A stretch of 64,000 nt of DNA from Eledone cirrhosa (taxonomy: Eukaryota): the NCBI GenBank assembly GCA_964016885.1, contig OZ024740.1:87978001-88042000 (forward strand). Reading direction: 5' to 3'. Shown here one piece after another: positions 54,291 through 64,000 of the stretch; position 1 is the first letter of the stretch; each line of letters opens with the position of its first letter. The translations under genes were made by a program, and so were the position numbers. The notes under the pieces were generated by a model. It was not told the origin of the DNA and ran no database searches. It saw only the letters and a list, made by a program, of their open reading frames with translations.

Positions 54291-57200
54291 ATATATATAT
54301 ATCGTGCATAGATATGTAGGCCTAAAATCCCACCGAAAGTTTCATCCTGAAGTGGTTCGAAAACACGGTGTGCGGGGATATATATATCCTAGTTATAGCC
54401 CAAGCCAACATTAGTATGATTATTTTAGTTATTTCAGCATATGTCGGTCATCTTCTAACCGCATCAGGAAAGTGTACATAAGCTTCACTGAACCTGTCAT
54501 TTTTGTGATGAAATAATCACCAAATAAATGTTCATGTTTGAACATTAGTTAGTGTAAGAAGATATAGTAGCTTAGAGAACAAATATGTCAGTGAGGTGCT
54601 CTGCACTAAAAGGAATAGATAGTTTAGTGTAAACATATTGGATACATGGACAAAACCATGCTTTTTGGTGCCCGTTGTATTTGCTGAAATAATTTAAATA
54701 TTAGTCATTGGATAATTTACTGCTCCCTGCCTTCAGTATGTGGCCACTAACTTAACTATTGATTTTAATGCCGAGATCACGTCTCTGAGTTATTCTCTAA
54801 ATAATTAGTTATTTGGGATTAGAAGAGTATAATAAGAAGTTAACGTCGCTCAAACGAAACCCTAGAATGGCTTTGGTATCACGTTGATTCCATTTTATTA
54901 ACTGGGGGAAAAAATTAGGAACTTTACACCTCGCATTTTATTTAAACTGAAATATGGAACGATTGTCTATAGAGAAATATATATCAATACATAGCTATTT
55001 AAACGAGACAATATTTAAACTAGACAAAATTTAAACTAGACATTATTTAAACTAGACAACATTTTATGGCGTGAAGCAAGAGTAATTTAATTTGTCTGTG
55101 AGTAAGGCGGCTATTTAATATTACTTTCATTCTGGACAAAAGTTGCAGGAGAGACGTGTGTATTTGGTAAATTCAATTTGATTCAAGCTTAACAAGTCGA
55201 CCAATCAGGTTCGACGTATGATTACTTCGAAAGTTTTGCAAGTTCTATGAGATTAATAATGTGGGAAAGTTTTCTTTTCAAATTTGCCAGACCAGTGTCT
55301 CATTTCAGTTTCATAAACTTGCAACGAAACATTTTTTATGCATTTATACCAATTTCGATTTTCACTATTTAGATCATCAATCTAAAATCATTCTCTCTTT
55401 CACACCATTAGTTCTCTGTGGGTTTTAGCTGATTAAGTCGCGAGAAAAAGAAATATGCATGGTTGCTAAGAGTTCAATCTTCTGGTGATAATTTGAATGG
55501 AATCGAGGATTTCTGTAATCAGAGGTATCATAAAATATTCGTAAATTTAAGAATTCTCTCCGGACGGCACATTGTGTTCTTGCTCCAGTTCATTCAAATG
55601 GAAGAATAAGTACTAGCAGAAGCTGGTGGGCGTTAATCTTACGACGGACTGACGTCGTAAACAGCATCTAGATTATCTCCGGCTTGATGAATCTTTGGGA
55701 TCAAGAAAGACTTTTGTATATCTATGTGAGTCAGTTTCGTAGAGCCATATTTTCATCCATATTCATGCTATACTTGTTAAAGCTGAACATCAAGCCTACA
55801 AAAAACTGGTTCATTCTATAGGGTTTCCAGTTTACAGCTGTCAGGTGTTGTTATCTCACACAAACTATTCTCACTTCCATACATTGAATCAATTCAGAGA
55901 TAGTTTCATAGACACAGTACAGTGCTGTGATAAATATATGAACTCCTGATTCTTTATCTGAGACTCGAACATTTCCTGAATTACTCTAATCATGACTCTG
56001 TTTCACTGTCTAAAGTATACTCGTAAGATGGAAAGTAAACAATTAGTAAAGTTGAGCTCTTTTTAAATATGGATAGACATTTGCAAAGATAAAGGGCTCA
56101 GGCAGTATTGACATTTAATGCAGAATCTTTAACACAACGGGTTTATGGAAGCAGTGTAGCCTTGAGCTAAATATTCCGATATCAAGTCTCATTTAATAGA
56201 TATAAAAATCAAAACGAAATAACCCCGACACAAGAAGTTAACAGAAAACTGCTTTTATTAGGCAGCTCTTCGTCTTTAATTGTTAGCATTACCTGCCAAC
56301 TTTTGACGAACGCCGGTGATCGTTTGCCAAATTGAAAAATCGAAGTAAAAATTGAGAACTGTCTACCAAAATAAATAAATAAACGAGTAAATAGTTAAAT
56401 GATGAGTCGAGAAAATTAAATAAAAACAAAACAATGTTTTTGTTTTCATTTTTTTTACTCCTGTAATTTATTTTGCAAACAAAAGCAATGGAAATTTAAA
56501 ATAAGACATAAAAAAGACACACAAGTAAGAAAATACATATAATACCATAGCTTCAGCTGAATCGCATTTAATGCTTACCAATATTTTTCTTAATTACTCA
56601 CTTCAGTCTTACACATTATCGATTAACTGATGTATTAAAGGCTTATATGGAGCAAACTGCTGCAGTGGTCGTTCGCATTCAGCTTTGTAGCGATTAATAA
56701 CCGATTTCTCTCTTTGGTTGTTTGTCAGTTCCTTCTGATTAACCTAAACACGAAAAGTACGTCATATAATAATATAATTCAAATACGATAGACTCGTTGA
56801 TAGATATAATTTGTAATACTAATCTTTCATCACTACTGTCGAAAACATTAACATCACATTGTTGTCTTTCAAAACCAGTTGAATAATTCTATTTCTACAC
56901 TTACAGACTTCTTCAAGTAACCATTTAGCCAAGAGTTGCGACCGGCAGATAGTTTCAGCAATGGAGAGATCAATGGAAACATTGTTTCCCTGGCCCTAGT
57001 TCATGATTTAACCATTCAATATGCATAAGATCCCGTGATTCTACTCTGCGACATCTTGGCCAAATGTCATTTACCATAGCTATGGATAGATAGAAATTAT
57101 ACAGCAGCTCGTCAGATGGACAAGAACCATCCTTGCTGCATTTTTGTCAAGCTGAATCTCCCTAAGAATTACGTTAATTGTACGCATGTCTGTGAAGTGC

Positions 57201-57917
57201 TCAGACACTTGCAAGTTAATTCCATGGACAGGGTCTTCCGTTGATCTAACAACTTGGCACTCAACATCGAAACAGACGGAGGTCCATTCCATTTCATTGG
57301 GCAAATTATTAAAAACGTAAGGACGATTGTTGATTGAATAACCATCAATATATATTTCTGGTGCTTGTTATCAATCACAGAAGAATGAAAACATACTTCA
57401 CTTCGGAAAAATACTAACAAACCTTTGAAGAAACTTAAGATTCATTACTTATAATCCAGAGTTAAGTTTCCATGCATGAAATAATACACAAGCCGATTGG
57501 GGCAACGAGCTACAGAATTGGTAACATGGTTGCAAAATGTTTTACAGTATTTATTTAAGTCGCTTTACCGTTGAAAAGCTACCTGCATCAAATATGCTTT
57601 TCATCACTCCGAGGTTAATAAAGTTAAGTAGTAGTTTTAAGTTAATCAACTAATTTTACACAAAAAATACGTAGACCTCTGTCTGTTATAATTATTTATT
57701 ATTAACAATAGTGTGTTACCAAACACTTAGAATTTAGATTAGATCTTACAACATTCCAAATAACATCTATTAATGTGTATAGAACGTTGAAGAAAAAAAC
57801 ATTTTGTAATTGGTGTTGTCCCACCTTCACCATATTTACTTCTTGATGGAGTATGAAGACAACAGTGTAAATTGAAGGTGACAGGAGGCTAATGAAAAAC
57901 AACGAAATAATTAAAGT

Positions 57918-57955
<38 letters not shown>

Positions 57956-57971
57956 TACACACACACGCGCG

Positions 57972-58015
<44 letters not shown>

Positions 58016-58310
58016 CACACACACACAGACAAACATATATATATAAATACACACACACATATATATATACATACACATATATATATATATGGATAATTAT
58101 TAATTTGCTTATTTGAGAGAGGGACGTTGCGACATCTCGTTGATAAACAGGTGTAAGATCTCCACATATATATATATATATATATACATATATGTATTAT
58201 GTATATATATATAATAATGCCCGAAACGTCCCCCCCCCACTCTCAAGAGCGTGAAACTAATAAACCTTTGTTCGTACTGCGTCTCTGTTTTGTTCCCGTT
58301 CCATTTTTCA

Positions 58311-58386
<76 letters not shown>

Positions 58387-58451
58387 TATGTATATATATA
58401 TACATATATATATGTACGTATATATATACATACATATATATATATATGTAT

Positions 58452-58506
<55 letters not shown>

Positions 58507-58689
58507 ATACATATAGATATATATGTATATACATGTATATATATATATAAATGTATAAACACATATATATACATATATGTATATATATGTATATATATAT
58601 ATACATGAATTATGTATATATATATATACATGTATATAAGTATATATATGTATATATATACATATATATACATACATATATATATGTAT

Positions 58690-58747
<58 letters not shown>

Positions 58748-58761
58748 ATATGTATATATTT

Positions 58762-58792
<31 letters not shown>

Positions 58793-58817
58793 GTATATAT
58801 ATACATAGGAACAAGTA

Positions 58818-58865
58818 AGACCCCGACGGCTGAGCTCAAGCCGTTTCGACGGCTAATTCTGGACT
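58818..58865. repeat. Motif K copy 4
   Basis: GACCCCGACGGCTGAGCTCAAGCCGTTTCGACGGCTAATTCTGGAC. Confidence 0.85.
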
Positions 58866-59008
58866 CCATATATACATATATATATAATATATATACATAT
58901 ATATATATCTATATATATAATATATATATATATGTATATATATATGTATATAAGTGGCGATGAATTAGTTTTGCGAGGTTTTTGATATGAAATCGTGCGT
59001 CGAAACAA

Positions 59009-59204
59009 ATATTGTTATACTGGGGGAGGGTCATATTTGTGTAATATTGCCGTTGGTCAGTCAATGGCAACATTGAGGACCGAGTAAGTTAGATTACCGA
59101 TATAAAAGACAGCGAGAAGCGAAAACCAACCAAACAGTGAGTGTGTTCTGTTATTAATTCTGGCAATATTACACAAATATGACCCTCCCCAAGTATAACA
59201 ATAT
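59009..59204. repeat. Fold-back with about 42 bp arms; arm related to 41955-41980
   Basis: TTGTTATACTGGGGGAGGGTCATATTTGTGTAATATTGCC and its reverse complement. Confidence 0.8.
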
Positions 59205-59207
59205 ATG

Positions 59208-59398
<191 letters not shown>

Positions 59399-59508
59399 AT
59401 ATATACATATATATATATATATGTATGTATATATATACATATATATATATATATGTATATATATATACATATATATATAATATATATACATATATATATA
59501 TGTATATT

Positions 59509-59539
<31 letters not shown>

Positions 59540-59542
59540 ATG

Positions 59543-59573
<31 letters not shown>

Positions 59574-59574
59574 G

Positions 59575-59609
<35 letters not shown>

Positions 59610-59652
59610 GTATGTATATATATATGTATGTATGTATATATATATATGTATG

Positions 59653-59683
<31 letters not shown>

Positions 59684-60077
59684 ATATGTGTATATCTCTC
59701 TCTGTGAGTATGTATATATGTATGTATGTATGTATGTATGTACATACACATACACACCCACATAAGTATTATATGTTTCCTTGAGTTGGTTCCAGCCATT
59801 AGATTGCGGCGATGATGGGACACCTTGTTATATATTCCAATATTTGGGATAAACATAAATTTTGTTTTATATTATTTTTTCATATTATTTTTTTACATTA
59901 CTTGTGAATGTCTGTCAGTAAAGACTGAAATGTTGATGCGAGGTGTAGGGAGAGGAATGGGGAAATGACGAAGTAGCATAACAAAGGCAGAATCAAAACA
60001 GATTAAGCCTCCCCACTCCAAAACTAAGAACATTAATATATCGAAGCAAATACTCGTAGATATAGAAAATAATAACA

Positions 60078-60690
60078 ATAATTGTTTCTACTTTAGGCAC
60101 AAGGCTAGCAATTCGAGAGGCAGCGGAAGTCGATTAAATCGACCCCAGTGACTCACTGGTGCTTTATTTTATCGACCCTGTAAGGATGATAGCAAAGCTA
60201 ACCTCGGACGTAGTTGAATTCAGAACGTAAAGGGCCGTAACTATATGCTGCGAGTCATGTTGTCCGACGCTCTACCGATTCTGTCAATCCATATAATATA
60301 ATAATTATTTCTACTTTTGGCACAAGGCCAGCATTTATCACAGTATATTACTGGTACTTTATTTTATCGACCCCGTAAGGATGAAAGGCAAAGTTAACCT
60401 CAGCGAGATTTGAACTCGGACCATAATGGGCCGCAACTCGATACTGCCAATCCACCGCCAATCCACATATTATGGTTTCTGATTTAGGCACAAGGCCAGC
60501 AATTTTTCGGGGAGAGGAAAGTCAATTAAATCGACTCCTCTGCGTTACTAGTGCTATATTTTATCGAACCCGTAAGGATGAAATGCAAATTTAACCTTGG
60601 CGGGATTTGAACTCAGAACGTAAAAGGTCGTAACTCTATGCTGCAAAGTATGGTGTCCGACGCCCTACCGATACTGTCAATCCACCGCCC
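60078..60690 (-). mobile_element. Three tandem SINE copies
   Basis: 60078-60291, 60303-60460, 60470-60690. Confidence 0.9.
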
Positions 60691-60837
60691 TAATAATAAT
60701 AACCACAATCTTATGTCCAAGAATTATACAGTTAGAATGTACTGAAATTGTTGAGGTCTTTAGTCGACAGCTGACGAAGTGAATGTCCCACAGAGCAAGT
60801 TATATTTAGTCATATTAGGTCCACGTTTAGAGGAGGA

Positions 60838-60871
60838 TTCTACGTTTCGGACGGAAGTCTTCCATCAGGAA
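60838..60871 (-). ncRNA. Minimal hammerhead-like fold related to family D
   Basis: TTC-CTGATGGA-AGAC(TTCC)GTCC-GAA-ACGT-A-GAA. Confidence 0.55.
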
Positions 60872-61149
60872 AGTTCAGATAAGGAGAGAACAGGTATGTA
60901 TATATATAGGTGGATTCTTCCGTCGTATTTCGACGTATGATGGTTCAACAATTCAGCTACTGATTAACACATCAAGCTGCATTTAATGTAGATCACATGA
61001 TTTTGAGAGGAGCAGGCTGGAAGATTTGATCGAATCTTTGTGTTAGATCTTGGATCACGAAGATGGACCAGATGATATTTTTGAAAGTTCTTTGTATGTT
61101 CATGGCTGACAGTTCTTCATTTTCCAGGGTCTGCTTCAAAATAAGTAAA

Positions 61150-61310
61150 AGGTATTTTCACAGATTTAAGATTGTACATCAGTTTGATTTTATATCTGAG
61201 TAATAGTCTGCCTACATTATTTGCACTATTATGAAGTTGACTGTATAGCAGTACCTTGGGTTTATGGTCCCCAGTAGGACATGACCAACTCATCAAACTT
61301 GGGAGTGCAT
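61150..61310 (-). pseudogene. Ancient RTE C-terminal remnant
   Basis: Minus strand DHKPKVLLYSQL..GRLLLRYKIKLMYNLK. Confidence 0.5.
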
Positions 61311-61369
61311 CAGAACTGACTCAATCTCACCGAGGTTGCACCTCGTGAACAGTTATATATTTTCTTTTA

Positions 61370-61503
61370 TTATTTACTTGTTTCAGTCATTAGACTACGG
61401 CTATTCTGGGCCACCACCTTTAGTTAGTCGAACATATCTACCCCAATACTTATTTGATCGATCTGTTTTACAGAACGCACACACACACACACACAGACAC
61501 ACA

Positions 61504-61561
<58 letters not shown>

Positions 61562-61765
61562 CGCACATACGCACACACGTATATTTATGTATATATGTAT
61601 GTATACGGCAAGATTCTGCTGTTTTTTCTCCAGCTAGCAAATTCCACTAATAAGGCATTGGTGTACTTGAGGCTGTTATAAAAAATAACAAAGCACTTGT
61701 CTAAGTTGCAAAGCAGCCGGACGGAAGCCTGAACCAAGTGGTTGCAAAGTGAACTCCTCAAACAC
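61370..61765 (-). mobile_element. Second SINE type with internal (CA)n and a CR1-like tail
   Basis: Minus-strand tail GGTGGTGGCCCAGAATAGCCGTAGTCTAATGACTGAAACAAGTAAA resembles 51185-51230. Confidence 0.6.
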
Positions 61766-61879
61766 TATCTACCTATCTATCTATTTCTCTGTCTATCTTT
61801 TCCTTTCTCCTTCTTCTTTTCCCCTTTCTCTCTCTCTCTATCTATATATATATTATGCATGTTTATATGTGTATATATG

Positions 61880-61975
61880 ATTGGACTCTCAATCATGAGG
61901 TTGTGAGTTCGATTTCCGGACCGGGCGATGCGTTATGTCCTTGGGCAAGACACTTTATTTCACGTTGCTCCTTCT
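61880..61975 (+). mobile_element. Third SINE-type fragment (tRNA B-box + TGTCCTTGGGCAAGACACTTT core)
   Basis: GAGTTCGATTTCC followed by a typical central SINE domain. Confidence 0.55.
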
Positions 61976-62291
61976 ACCTGGAGTTGCGATCGATAGAAAG
62001 TATTAGCAATTGGAAAGACCAATGGAAACATTGTTTCCTCGGTCCGATTTGACGAAAGTCGATCGACTGTCGATATGTATAAATATTATGTATGTATGTA
62101 TAAAATGTATGTCGATAAAATAAAGTACCAGTAATGCACTGGTAATTGCTGGCCTTGTGCCAAAAGTAGAAATAATTATGTATGTATATATGTGTATATA
62201 TGTATATAAAAGGTAAACAAAATAACTACACAATCAGTACAGTATATGGAAGGAATATATTAGTTTAACGCTTGGAATAGCAGGAAGAGGG

Positions 62292-62327
62292 TCTTTACGT
62301 TTCGGACGCTCGTCCTCCATCAGAAGA
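62292..62327 (-). ncRNA. Family D hammerhead (element 62208-62327)
   Basis: TCTT-CTGATGGA-GGAC(GAGC)GTCC-GAA-ACGT-A-AAGA. Confidence 0.75.
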
Positions 62328-62602
62328 TATATATATATGCATTTATATGTATATGTATGCGTGTGTGAGAGTGCATGCGCATATGTATGCGTGTGTGTTT
62401 GTCTGTCTGTGTGTGTATAGAGATAATAATCCCTGCGGCCATTAGGTACATTCATAGACATGCAGGCACGTGCCTAATTCTTCAGGTACGCATGATGTGC
62501 GAATCCTTGGCCACTTTCGGCTTAGATGGTGATTCTTTTTATTGCTGGTCTTAATTCAGTGATGTTTAATGTATCTAACATACAAACCCATAAAAGAAGC
62601 TT

Positions 62603-62662
<60 letters not shown>

Positions 62663-62788
62663 TAAGAGAGAAAGATAGAGAGAGGAGTGAGAGAGAGGAG
62701 GAGAGAGAGAATGATAGAAAGAGAAGCATGAGAGATAAACCGAGCGAGAGAAAGAGATCAAATCAATGTTGAATTTCAGATTTATGAG

Positions 62789-62822
<34 letters not shown>

Positions 62823-63089
62823 ATCCTGTCTGCCGGGACCACGAGGCAGTCAGACCCTTAAGTTTCATTTATGGTGATGGCATGTGGAATAAATTTACTT
62901 GGAAAATTTTATAACGTAAAATACTGATTGATATTGGTAAATATATATTGTTCACTAAAGCCTTTTGATACCAGACCATCTGAAAATAACATTGGGCATT
63001 TAATAATGTCTCGGTTGCCTGATCCTCAACTTTTACCAAACTCCTCGGCTAACCAGTAAACCGTAATATGTGATATCTATCTATCTATC

Positions 63090-63915
63090 CACTCTAGGCG
63101 CAGAGGAGGACGAACTGGCCAGTCTGTTCGGTAAGACCTTCCGCCCGGGACCAATGGACAACTTCCAAAAGTCCCTGGCCTGGCAGTGCAAACGAGGAGC
63201 TCTACCAGTTCGAGACAAGCTCTACAGACACGGGCGCCCGAGTAGGGACCCTTCGAAAAAGATCTGTCTGAGATGCGTGCGCGACGAGGAAACCGTCGCA
63301 CACGCATTTGTACACTGCCCGCGATTTACCGACCTGTGGGGATATGTAGAACGACTATTGTCGCGGGTGGGACCGATCCTGTTGACCACCGAGTCCATTG
63401 TCATGATCAAACCGCTACCCTCCTTCAACAACGAAGGAGAGGCGGTTTTCCTATGTGTTATGGCTATGGTGAAAGAGGTTATATGGTGGACGCGGTTAAT
63501 AGGACTGAGGTCAGACACCTTTCTCTCCGGCGAGCAACCGATTCGTTTTTTCAAATATCATTTTCGAAGAAGAATCAGGATGGAGAGAGGTGCTGTACCC
63601 CATCAAATTTTATAAAAGGTGGGTGAATGTGGCAAAGATGGCCCGAGTGGTTGGGCCTTCTCTCTATATAAGCCTGTAGGTTGAGGAAAAAGAGGAAGAG
63701 AGGAAGGGAGTACTCACTCTTGGTGCACCTGGAGATGAGGGTTGTACATTTTTTCGGGGTGTGTACAACCCCTGTGTAACACATCCCCGCTATTGGGGAT
63801 TTCAATTGTTATTTGTTATTGTATTAATAGTTTTATTTTCATATACCTGTATGTAAACTCCCCATTTGTATTTGTCCCCTTCTTTTGTGCCCTTGTGGCT
63901 AATAAAGAAATTTAT
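63090..63915 (+). mobile_element. Tx1-like LINE 3' end inserted in (TCTA)n
   Basis: WQCKRGALPVRDKL..CLRC..ETVAHAFVHC zinc motif (ORF 63070-63615), AATAAAGAAATT terminus, TATC repeats on both sides. Confidence 0.85.
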
Positions 63916-64000
63916 CTCTATGTCCATCTATCTGTCTGTATGTCTTTTTCCCCGTCTATCTATCTTTCAATCTATCTATCTATCGGCCCGTCTGTCTATC

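Noticed and set aside
56897-57430. Host exon(s) on the minus strand (GTAAGT near 56900; ORFs 57080-57304 and 57169-57420)
   Set aside because: No recognisable domain and no continuous frame reaching the donor. It cannot be excluded without RNA-seq or homology search.

Overview
This is repeat-saturated, AT-rich eukaryotic DNA with no supportable host protein-coding gene. The SINE family and the very long (TA)n/(CA)n tracts suggest an octopod cephalopod (inference). Standard content: about 25 copies of one tRNA-derived SINE; decayed RTE, Tx1, R4/Dong and CR1-group LINEs; a Gypsy LTR+gag-pro remnant; two mariners; a complete non-autonomous Helitron; and a Penelope-like RT fragment. The main hidden structure is a set of about 26 type I hammerhead-ribozyme folds, read by eye on both strands. 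They belong to more than 10 unrelated families of short non-coding elements inserted in (TA)n. At least two families occur as circularly permuted 1.0-1.2-mers of ~487 and ~520-530 nt monomers with one hammerhead per monomer, usually with a fold-back copy, which is retrozyme/non-autonomous Penelope-like. Three unrelated families share an unusual architecture. Their stem II is extended and covarying, and its internal loop is complementary, with compensatory changes, to the segment just 5' of stem I, predicting a pseudoknot. A CAGAAGA-core variant and a tRNA-like head fused to a hammerhead are also present. Ribozyme activity, RNA circularity and novelty are untested here.
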